From NCBI GenBank assembly GCA_002245135.1, contig NGBS01000299.1:1-64000 (forward strand): a DNA stretch of 64,000 bases, in the 5' to 3' direction. Below are positions 40,530-52,773 of this stretch, one piece after another (position 1 is the first letter of the stretch; each line of letters opens with the position of its first letter). This DNA is from Proteromonas lacertae. Lineage: Eukaryota. A program made the position numbers and the translations under genes. The notes beneath the pieces were generated by a model. It was not told the origin of the DNA. It did no database searches and worked only from the letters and a program-made list of their open reading frames with translations.

Positions 40530-43500
40530 ATGAATCATGTATGGTGTAAATCTATCAGTTCAATAGAGAAAAAAATATCAGAAAGAGTATCATTGCATTA
40601 TTCTGATCATAGTCTTTGGATTTTCTTAAGAATTTGTGTAGTAATTCTCAAACCATCTTTTCTTGTGAGAAATGTTTAACAAACTTTTCAAATTTATACT
40701 ACAAATACCAACAAAAATCAGTATGTCGAGATTTTATTTTTATCTCTAGGAAAATCCACTCAAACAGATAATTATCGACTATGCTCAGAAATGCTGCGGT
40801 TTAAATAATGAAAATCTCCAAAATCTTCGTGATTTTCTTCAATCTTTAAGAAAATATCCATTTAGGGTAAAATTTCTAAAATCTTATTCACCTAGTTATT
40901 TTTAAAAGATGAAACATTTTATAACTGTATAAAATTGAAGATAGACTATTTAATTTACAACCAAATTGTACTTCAATGGAATGACAAAAATGGTGTTTTA
41001 CTATTGTTTTCTGATTGTAGTGAATTGAGATATTATGTTAGCGTATGTTTTATAAATATCTATAAGCAAATATCAATACCAAAATCAGTATTTAATATCC
41101 TGTCAAAAGGATTAGAGGATAATAAAACAAACGAAATGTTGGAATTATTAATGAATGGTTTTATTTCATTAATGAAATCTACACAATTTAAACATTCAAA
41201 TGAATTTCAATCATTTATAAATGCATTATTCAAAATACAATGTGATATATATATTGATAGTTTACCATTATATGTATTAATATATATATATATATTTGTT
41301 ATTATTTTTAATAATTCTATAGAGTATGAAATTCTTATTAACATGTTCATATTTTGAACCAAGTACATATTCTACTCTTCTTAGAACTGAATTTATTGGT
41401 GAGTATGTATATATATAATATAATATAATGAATAGAGACGTATCAATGAGATGTTTATCAATGTTATGTGATGGTAATATAACGCCATCAGCAGCTGCAA
41501 TTTATGAAATGTTAAAAACGAAAACAATAAATGAAAATCTATTTTATAATGAAGTAATCAATCAGTTTTCATCTAAAAGAGACAGTATAATGAATGGAAT
41601 ATTTGCAGTGACATTTATTTCAATAATAGACTCCTGGTCTAGGAATAATTTGAATGAATTTTTATTTCCTCGTAAATTAATAGATTATGCTCAACATAGA
41701 GGGATTAGTATATTATTATTTGGTGATAATAGTAATAAATATTCTTTTAATGAAATTTATAAAGAAATTCAGAGTATTAAACAGAAATGTGATTCTGGAG
41801 ATGATAATAGAAATCCATATCAATTGTTAGGAGAATATTTCATTACATTAGAGTCAAAAACAAATATTAAGGTATATAGAGATGTTTTATTGAATCTATT
41901 AACAGCTATGAGTATTTATGCAATAAAATCTACAGCGTATAAATTTATATCTTTTTATATATTTCATAGAAAAGAATATCAGTATAAGATTATTAAAGAT
42001 TTATACAACAATTTAACAGCACCATATATAAACAAATATCCAATAATAAATGATGAAGAGTTATATAAAGCATTATTCAAGTTTCATTCATGTTTTAATT
42101 ACCACTTAGATATTGAAGAAGTGTGCTATAAGTGTCAGTTATTAGGAAGTGCTAAGACTGAATTGGTGTTTAATACTCTTATTCAAGGTATAAAAGATGA
42201 ATGGATTCATGATTCTAATGAATCTTCAGTTATGGTTATTAGATTAATACATTTATCAGCTTTTATTAGTAACTATTTGAAAATACATATAAATGATATT
42301 TATGTATTTATAATAATTATATATTTTTAGTTGGTAAATGAATATCTAAATGTAGTTAAACAAGATTTGTATTTACACTCAATTAATCACTTTAATGATC
42401 ATGTTAGTGCTTCTATTCCTGCGTTTAGAGTATATTATAACTTATTGTAATTATTAATGTTTAGATTTTTGTAAAGTATTTAACTTCGGAGAAAAGAGAA
42501 ATATTATTTGCATCATTACAACAATTTACAGTTAAATTTATGTACAAATTTACTCCAAAAGATTTATCAGATTTTAATGATTTATTTGAAGAAGGAGATA
42601 GTGGTTCATCATCTTCTTCTCTTTCTCCAGAACAGTATAAAATCAAAATGATTGACAATACAATTGAACATGATCAACATTTAATGGTATTGAATAATCT
42701 AGAAGGTTCAAATATTAATTATTATTTCGATAATATATTCACATGTGAAAAGTGTTTAGAATGTTATAGAAAATTACCAATTGAAATACAACAAAATCCA
42801 TTAATAGCAACATCCTTAAAACATGTTTTATGTTCAAAGGATGTAGATTTAATAAATCGATGTTTTGATAGTTTATATATATTTCCAATACATATATTAG
42901 TTAAATCAACTGTTCAAGATTATATGAAATCTGGAATAAGAACTTTAGAAAATAATAATTATGTTGCAAAATGGAAGAATAAAGAAACAGGGATGTATAT
43001 TGCGTGTCATAATCAATCATTAAGAGAATATGCATTAATGGTCACTAATATAAAGGAAATAGATTATAGTGGATTGTATGGGTTAATTGATATATTACAA
43101 GATGCAGAATCACCTTATAGAAATTGTATATATATATATATATATTAATCATCTATAGTATATCCTGTGAATAATATTTGGACTTGTCTTGGCTATTTGT
43201 TCAGTTCCTTACATAATCCTTATCCAGTTACTTTTATTGATTTATTAATGAAATGTTTGACACTATTATCATCACCTGTTACTAAATTGATGTGTTTATC
43301 TGTATTATATATTTATTGTATATATTATTTTCTTTAAATAGTCATGTTTTTTCACAAGTTGTTGTATTATCAGTTCATGGTATAATGAAGCTACCTTTCA
43401 GACTCCTGAATTTAAAAGAATGATTGGTAAAGGATTATTATTTTATATTCATCCAGCTAACCATTCACAATTTCCATTCATTGTACATAGATTGAATTTA

Positions 43501-44664
43501 GCATTAGATACTCAATATTATTCAATAAATGAATTGTTTGATACATTATTTAACAATTTATCTCAATATCAAAGAGATGTTTCAACAACAATGTTGTGTT
43601 TATTTATATGGGATTTTGTCAAGTATTTGCTTATTCAATATAATAAACCAATTGATGTAATAAGAGAATCAACAGAATTGTATAAAGCATTACAAGTATA
43701 TGAACCAACTGAAGAAAATAAAATACTATTCTTTTCTTTAAAAGAAACAATTAATCAGATTTGGTTTGATTTGTTTTACGTTTATGAAACTTATTCCTTA
43801 TTGTTGAATAATGATGCTGCTAAAGAATGTATATATATTTTTAATATTATAATTATATTAAAAATATAGTATTTGCTAGAACATTAGGAATAACTGTAAT
43901 AAGGTCATTATCAATTCGTGATAATTTACTGAGAGAAAAAGTATTGTCTGATATTCTACTCAGTCGTATTGCTAAGTATACAGAAATCATGTTATGTAAA
44001 TTACTGTATTATTATTGATTTATTTATTCATTGTATTATTCTATAGACAAAGGTATTCAAACTATCCAAGAAAATACTCATGAAATATACTTGAAATTCA
44101 TAAAATGTTTTATAATAGAAGTAAAAGCATCATTTCCTCAAATATTTTATGATAAAATGAATTTACAAACAATTTTAATGACTTATTTATACGAAAGAAA
44201 TACTCATATAGCATCTACTATAGGAGACCGAATTGTATATTGATTATATATAATGTTATTTTTTTATGTAGATTGTTATTGATGATCAAGAAACACATGA
44301 TGCACATCATAAAATACAATTATTAATAGAGACTTGGGTTAATTCGATGTATGAGATATGGTATACATACGATCTTGACCAATATTTCGCTTTACATTCA
44401 AGAGCTATTGATATTCTACTACAAATATTAGAAAAAAACACAAAAATTGTGCATGCTGCTCACATGAACTATTTGTATGAATTTTTGTGTCAATGTTTTG
44501 AATTTCCTCTTATAACTGCAATGGAAAAGTGGATTGAGGTTCATCTTAAGCTATTCGAACAAATTAAGCAGTATATGACAGAAAAGCAACAAAATAGTAT
44601 AATTGATTTAGTGAAAGAAAAGAAGAAAGTGTGGAAGAATAAATTTCAGATAACATTAGCTTAG
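40530..44664 (+). CDS. Large multi-exon hypothetical alpha-helical protein (possibly an ARM/HEAT-like scaffold)
   Basis: Chain of + strand ORFs (40935, 41428, 42540, 43420, 44031, 44347) linked by GTAT...TAG introns. No motif recognised; the 5' exons look frameshifted. Confidence 0.55.
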
Positions 44665-44827
44665 AAAATTGTTTCTAATTTAGAACCTTATAATATATAT
44701 AATTACTCCTTTTGAATACGTAATGTGAATTGAGTATAATGGTCATATCTATCTACATAATATCATCCTCAAAATAACATTGAATTTTGTAACGACTAAA
44801 AAAATCAAACTGATTTAATTTTGATAA

Positions 44828-45933
44828 ATGACCGAGAATGTAATTGATGAACTAGTATATATTAGTAATACATTTTGTAAAAATAGCATGATGGATTAGT
44901 ATATTATGAAAAGCACAGAAGTCACAGACCATATGACCATTTACTTGTTCATTTTAATTCAACAACCCTTAGATTACTTGAAAAAATATATGGTATTTTA
45001 ACTAATATGATATTATAGCTAACAACTATGAAGTGAGTGAATGGGAATATTTCTACCTGAAAATTTGGAAAGAAGACCCAACACAAGGTGATGTTGCAGC
45101 AAAAGTTATCTTAGGGAGGTTAGGAGTGCAAGATGTTCCGCTTTTCCAATCTTATTTTGCTCCATTTGGAGGAAGAATAAGTATCTCTCATTTCCTAGAA
45201 TTTATAACTTTATTTACCTTTTTCCATCCAGATCAACTATTGCCACTTAATTTATTCAATGATTCAAGTAAAAAGTAACAGATTTATCACAGAAGATCAG
45301 GTCTTTGTCTTGCTACATTATCTTAAAACTACACCAGATGGTTACCAAACAGTCGGTGTATGGTTATCTGATATAAAAAAGGATGAAAACGGTTTTATAC
45401 CTTTAAATGAATTAACTACTTTACTCTTGAATGAAATGTCAATATTATATATTTTATCAGAGTTAAAATCCAAAATAATAGAAACTATCATTACCTTTGA
45501 GGTATATCAAGGCATAGAACAGAAAAGAATATATTACGATGATTCTCAAATGACTGGTATTAAGCCGCCATCAGAAAGTTGTGTGTCTAGTATGTTGCGA
45601 CAGATGTTTTCTCATTACCCTCCTCCTTATTACTGTTCATATACTTATATACAAAGAGTGAGTATTGAGGATATATTGTTTGTCATAAGACAAAGATTTG
45701 GATATAGTACAAGACCTAATTGTGAATCATCTACTGCTTTACATTCCTCAGTTTCAACCAATAGTCTTAGAGTGTTGAAGAGTGTAGTATCACACGAAAC
45801 ATTAAGAAGTAAATCTCAAGTTAAGCCTTTAAACGTCAAAAAGAGCACAAATAATATGGAAATGAATAATTATTATAAAGTTAGTACAAATAGAATGTTT
45901 CAAGACAATACAAAAATTTCTCCTCTTATGTAA
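44828..45933 (+). CDS. Uncharacterised paralog family member 6 (subfamily B); one frameshift
   Basis: NNYEVSEWEYFYLKIW; ISHFLEFITLF; PPSESCVS..PPPYY; IRQRFGYSTRP. Extra A at 45249-45250. Confidence 0.72.
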
Positions 45934-46075
45934 GCAATTATCAGCATATTAAGAGTAAAATATTAAGTTAATTTATTATGAATTAGTTTTATTAGTTGTT
46001 TTGTCATTTATTAAAGAAAGTGGTTTTTCAAAAACTCAGATCTGGTATTGCTCGTTTTTTAGAAAATCATTTGTT

Positions 46076-47382
46076 ATGGTTGAAGAAAAATTAGACGAAT
46101 ATGTAGATATTTTTTTTCTCTATTTATTATGTATAGATTAATGGTATAGAGTTTTACCAGAAGCATAAGAATAGAAGACCTTACAACTACCTTCTTGTTC
46201 AGTTTAACCCAATCTGCTTGCCTTTTCTTGAAAGAATATATGGTATAGTGAGAATATTTATATTTTGTAGTTAATAATTACGAATTGTCAGAATGGGAGT
46301 ACTTTTATCTGAAAATATGGCAAGAAGACACAAGTCAAAATGATATTAGCGCTTCGCAATTATTAGAGAAATTAAATGTAAGAGGAATACCGATTTTTCA
46401 GAATTATTTCGCTCCTTACAGTATCACTAATTTTTTTAAATTATTTTTTATAGATGGTCGTGTATCTTTATCTATATTTTTGGAATTTATATGTATTTTT
46501 GGATTTTTCACAAATGAACAACTATTACCACTGTTATACTCCATTTCTAATGTAAAAAGTAATAGAGTCATAACAAAAGAACAAATAATTATATTTTTAC
46601 ACTCGCTTAAAGTACCTTTAGATCAATTACAACATATCTCAGTATGGATGGCAGATGTGGAAGATGAAAATGGATTTATACAACTAAACACACTAACATT
46701 ATATATACTAAACGAAAGATTGTTATTTTATTCAATTTATTCAATTCAATCTCAAATCATCGAATTTATAATAACAAGAGATGTATATGTTAGAATCAAT
46801 AGAAGAATGAAGTATTATTCAGATGTAGCAGAACCCAATATCGAGCAACCTCCAGAGTCTTGTCTTAATTATTTACAAAGAATAATTTTTTCAAACAATC
46901 CTCCACCTTTTTTTTTCTCTTATGCACCTTATAATCGTAGATTAAACCCTGAAGATTTGTTGTATGTAATAAGACAAAGATATGGTTATAGTATAAGACC
47001 AAACAGACAAAGTTCGTCAATGTTAAGTTCAAAATCAACTCGAAATAATCATAACAGTAGTATTAATAACATGAATACACTAAATGCAAATTATAAGAAA
47101 ACAACAACAACAGCCAATAGTAGCAGTAACAAAACCACTACTACTGCTACTACATATGGAAATACGTCTTCAATGACAAGGAATTCTCTTCTTGCAGGTT
47201 CAATTAGTTCAAATACTCTTAAAATTGCGAAATCACAAGTTCTGGTTGGTCATTCACCTTATACTAAACATTCTTCAAAATCAACTACTATTGATACTGA
47301 TAAATCTTTTAGAAATAAGACAAATTCAGCTAAAGTAGTTCCGTTAACATATCCAAATGATTGTTTGGAGGTAAAGGATTAA
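46076..47382 (+). CDS. Uncharacterised paralog family member 7 (subfamily B)
   Basis: NNYELSEWEYFYLKIW; LSIFLEFICIF; PPESCLN..PPPFF; IRQRYGYSIRP. Closest to member 6. Confidence 0.75.
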
Positions 47383-47667
47383 TATTTATTTAACATTGTG
47401 TAATAAATGTGTTATTTTTTATTTAATTCATTATGATTTCAATTCTTTTTATTATATAATTGGTGTATTTGTTATATTTGTTGTGTTGGTGTGTTGTTAA
47501 ATAACATTACTCGCTATAGTCTAAAATCCATTGCATATGTGTAATCACCTCACTCTGATGATTCAACTGTTAATGTTAGATATTATATATATTGTACTAA
47601 TATGTATATTAACATTTCATTATCTTTTTTCTACTTTTACACATATTCTTAAAATCAGAAAATAGTT

Positions 47668-47674
47668 TCGTTTC
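47668..47674 (+). promoter_or_regulatory. YCGTTTC start-proximal motif (example copy)
   Basis: Also found at 21087, 33975, 49066, 50647 and on the reverse strand at ~7361 and ~7374, in each case near a gene start. Confidence 0.4.
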
Positions 47675-47688
47675 AAAACTAAAGATTT

Positions 47689-48890
47689 ATGATTTCTGAT
47701 ATTCAGCTACCTCCACTACAGATTTTGGTATGAAATACTATTTAGTTATTAAATAGACCAACAGTTACGAATATTATATCAAACATAAAAGTAATAGACC
47801 AGCAAATTACCTTATAGCTCCAATAGATAAGAATATTTTTACCTTATTCGAAATATTACTGTGTATAAAATATAATATATTTATAATATTTATGTTAGTA
47901 AATAATTATGAGATTTCTGAATGGGAAGCTGTTTATCTTCATATTTGGTCTGAAGATAAAACTAAGCCTTATATATTTGTGGGATCATTCTTAAAATATT
48001 TGAATTGTGAAGATATACCAATACTTAAATCTTATTTTCAGCCATATGAAGGTAAAGTGACAATGACAATATATATAGAGTTTATATGTATTTTTGTATT
48101 TTTATCAAACAAACAATTATTACCTCTCATTCTGTCAATAACAAACGTTTATAGTAACAAAGTTATTTCAGAATTGCAGATTTACAACTTTTTTCATTCA
48201 ATACACATAGATAATGAGACACTTTTAGCTGTTCCAAGTTTGCTATTACACGAAGTAGAAAGAGATCAAAATAATCTAATTTCACTAGTTTCATTCATGA
48301 GATTCCTAGTTACAAATGAAGAATTTCTAAAACCTCTAGCATATGTTAAAAACAGTATTATTGAAAGAGTAATAACTGAAGAAGTATATTATACAATACT
48401 GAGAAGAAAGAAATATTTTGTTGATCAAGTAGAAAAACAAAAGAAGGCAGGTGAAACAATGATCCTTTTGAAATTCCCTCAAGAAAGTTGCATTAGTCAT
48501 ACAATTCGAACGTTATTTAGTGATAAGCCGTATGAATATTACTATGATTATATACCAAAGAATTTTATTAGTAACATAATGGATCGTGATATAAATGACA
48601 ATGAACACGAATCTGCATTTGACGAATATATAACAGTGATAAGAAAGCAATTTGGTTATAGTAATCGACATAATAGCAAGAATAGAAGCCAACTATGTAA
48701 ATCGAATAACAAGCTATTAAGAGAAAGTGGTAGTGAACACAATACGAAATCTCGTTTAACAAAACTTACGATTGATAAAGATGTATTTAGAACATCTCTA
48801 ATAAATGTTGCTTTTTCAGAAAATAGTAATAATATACAAACAGTTCTTTCACCTTTGAAAGCTACTCATACTTCTGTGTTTGATTCTTAA
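47689..48890 (+). CDS. Uncharacterised paralog family member 8 (subfamily B)
   Basis: NNYEISEWEAVYLHIW; IYIEFICIF; PQESCIS..KPYEYYYDY; IRKQFGYSNR. Confidence 0.75.
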
Positions 48891-49137
48891 TATTGTAATT
48901 TAGTTAGTTGATTATATGTATAATATTTCTAATTTATATCCCATGTGTATATACATGTAAATATTATGTATTATTTAATACAGTATTGTAATCTAAGTAT
49001 TTTATTCATTTTTATTTATATTTCAGTTATATTTTAAAGTTTTATTGTTATTTTAAAAAATATATTCGTTTCACAAAATTAAAGAATTTCGGTTATAAAT
49101 TTATGAAAAGGTACTACTGAGAAAGCTATTTCTTTTC

Positions 49138-50530
49138 ATGAATATCGATATAAATAATATCTATAAACTCTGCTATTGTATTTTTAGCATTTAATATCCT
49201 TTTTATAGTTAATCAGTGTGAAGTGGATAAGATCCATGAAGTGTTTGATAAAATTGCTGACTCGTATTGACAAAATTTTATGGTAATATTACTATTAGAA
49301 ACGGAACTGTCACATTTGAGAAATTTATTACCACATTTAAAATTGACTGCTGTAGTATAATAAGTCAGTATTTTCTGCGATTCAGTATAATATAAAGTTA
49401 TTTTGATAGAAACTATTAATTATGATCAATTTGCTATTCTGGTATGTAGTCTAGGATTCTTAAGAATAGAACAATCACTTCCTAGTATTTAAAATATGAT
49501 GTATTATTTAATAGTACTTATGTTAATATTAAGTGTAAATTATGAAAATAAGATAAATTTAGATAATGCCATAACAATCCTTAAAGATTTTAGCACTACA
49601 GAGTATGTAGAAGAATTCAAAAATAAAAAGAAAGAAGTTTTTCCAATTGAATACAAATACTTCAAACATTACATTAAAACACATCCAAAGTGTCTAGAGA
49701 ATTATGAAATCCTTCGACTAAAGATTGGATATATATTTTTCCCAATAATGCATAGGTTACAAGAAATCTATCATAGAAGAGAGAAAATAGTTATAAAATA
49801 TAAACTAAATAACATTGTTCCAACCCAAATAATACAAAATATTGATGATGAATTAGATAAAGAAGATGAAGAAAATGAATTAAATCTAACGACACCCATT
49901 ATTCGACCTAGAGACTCTGTTAATCTTGTAAAATATCCAAATGAATCATATTGTGAGATTTTCTCTAGGATGATTAACAAAGATCCATATCCTTATAAAT
50001 ATGATTATGAGATGAATATAGATGATGAACAGAATGTATTAAATCTAATCTACAAACAAATGTCAATTGTATTTCTCTTTTTCCAGCCAACAGTTGTCAA
50101 ACGAGAAAATCCATTTATTGAATCAATCAAAAGAGATGGAGAAACCTTTACAGTTACATCTCCTGAAACAATAATGAATAGAAATAGAGAGAAACAATTA
50201 GCCAATCAGCCTTCAAGAAATAGATCACTTGTGACGTCACTATCGACAAGTGATATGGAAGGAGGAGGTTGTTCGTCATCTTCACTGAATCACAAAATAA
50301 ATGGAATTCATATGATCAGACATCATGATAGTTTATTAAATGATAGTAATCAATCCTTTAACCAATCTAGACCAATATCTAACTCAATAGATGGCATACA
50401 TATTGTTGTTAAACCGTCTTCTCTTCACATTAATTCGAATTTACTTTCTGCTAATCCTTCTACAGTAGACTGTCATTCAATTAATACCAAAACTGTAGTA
50501 CCAGAAATTTGTTCATCTGTAGATAGTTAA
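49138..50530 (+). CDS. Uncharacterised paralog family member 9 (start uncertain)
   Basis: IYKLCY|FNQCEVDKIHEVFDKI; VTFEKF; YDQFAILVCSLGF; PNESYCEIFSRM..DPYPYKYDYE. Confidence 0.65.
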
Positions 50531-50677
50531 ATTATTTTTATTTACTTTATTTTAATATAATAATATTCTAAATTCTATTGTATTTTTTTATTAATTAATG
50601 TTTTGGGTGATTTACATAGAAAAATCCAATTCTTTGTAAATTCTATCCGTTTCATAGAAAATTCTTTTTATTCTTAA

Positions 50678-52665
50678 ATGTCAATTACTGTATATAGAGC
50701 AAATTTATTTATACATTTAATATAGGATACCGCTACAGTTACTAGAATTGGTGAATTTACTCCAATTCACTATGACATAGACATAAAAATTGATTTCAAG
50801 CAAAGAATGATGTATGGAAACTGCAAAATCCAAATTAAAAAATTAGCTGGAGGTAATGTATTACATTTAGATGTGTTAGATATTGACATTAACAAAATCA
50901 CTCTTAATGATAAAATATTAACATATAAAGTGTTAGATTTTACATCATTTGGTAAGGATTTATGTATTGACTTACCATCAGAAGTGCCAGAAACATTTAC
51001 ACTTCAAATCAGTTATGTTTGTGGAAATGGTCCTGCAATGTGTTGGTTAGTACCAAGTCAAACGGCAGGTAAAAAATATCCATATGTATTCACACAAGGT
51101 GAAAGTTGTTTAAATAGAAGTTTATTTCCATCTTTTGATTCACCAGCTTTTAAAACAACATTCAACTATTCCATTCATGTTGAAAAACCACTTACAGTTG
51201 TTGCAAGTGGTGAATTAAAAGAAGTGAAAGATGATGTAGATGATACTAATTACAGAAGTTATATATTTGAACTTAACTTACCAATTCCATCTTATTTAGT
51301 TGCTTTAGCTGCTGGAAATATCGTTTCAAAGCCAATTGGTCCAAGATCAAGTGTATGGACTGAGCCAGAAATGATCGATGAATGTCAAAAAGAATTTGAT
51401 GAAGTTACAGAAGTATATGTATATTATTATCCAATTAGAAATACTTATCAACAGCTGAAAGATTATTTGGGAAATATAGATGGGGAAAGTATGATATATT
51501 AGTAATGCCACCATCATTTCCTGTATATATAATATATAATATAATAGTTTGGTGGAATGGAAAATCCATTATTAACATTTGTAACTCCTTCTATTATTGC
51601 TGGAGATAAGAGTTTAACTGACACTATTGCTCATGAAATATCACATTCTTGGTTTGGCAATTTAGTCACTAATAACAACTGGGGTGATTTTTGGGTTAAT
51701 GAAGGTTTTACTATGTTTGCAGAAAGAAGAATACTTGAAGAATTATATGGAAAAGTATATTGTTATTTATTTATATATTATTGTAGGCATCAAAAGAATT
51801 ATTTGTCAAAGCATGCTTTGCAGGTCATATTCGTGTATTAGAAACTGATGGATATGATTCAAATGTATCAAAATTAAGACCAACTATTGGAGATGATGCT
51901 TTGAAACCAGAAGAAGTATAATATATATTATAGAAACTATCATTCTTTATATATATATAGACATGTAATCAAGTTCCATATGAGAAAGGTTATGATTGTG
52001 TTTGTTATGTTAAATCACTTGTGACTGAAGATAATAAAGTGTTTGATGATTTTCTTAAATCATATGTTAATCATTTTGAATTTAAAAGTATTTGTGCTGA
52101 AGATTTCTTTAACTATTTCAGAGAATATTTCAAGAATAAAGATATAATCAGTGATGAGAAGATTAATGAATTGTTATATAAAACAGGATTACCAAGCTAT
52201 ATACCAAACACTGATGATTGTAAAGTATTAACAGATGAAGCTGACAGATTGATTGATCTATGGAAAGAAAAAGAAGAAAAAATGGATGTGAAGGATACAG
52301 AATCATACAAAACATGGGTAACTTATGTGAAGATATATTTTATTGAAAAAATATCAAATTTAACATTTAAAAATCCAAATGAAGTATTACCATTATTAGA
52401 TAAGTATTACAAACTCAGTGAAGCAAATTCAGAGTTAAGAATGTTATGGTGTTTAATAATCATTAAATACTCATATGAACCTTATTATGATGTTGTTAAG
52501 AAGTTTATTAAAGGTATAGGAAGAGGTAAATTCGTATTTCCAGTTCATCAAGCAATGGCTGATAATCCAAAGACAAGAAAAATGGGATTAGAAATATTTG
52601 ATGAAACCAAATCCATGCTTCATGCCATTATTATTAACAAATTAAATAAGATCTACAACTTATAA
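50678..52665 (+). CDS. LTA4H: M1 aminopeptidase, leukotriene A4 hydrolase/aminopeptidase B type
   Basis: [61 protein letters not shown]-terminal GRGKFVFP. Confidence 0.93.
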
Positions 52666-52773
52666 TCTCATTATTTTCTTTCTTTCTTTCTCTTTTTAAA
52701 ACAAAACACACATAATGTAACAATTATCGAGTAATTATTATTAGAGATAAACTTAATAAATGTATTAATAAAT

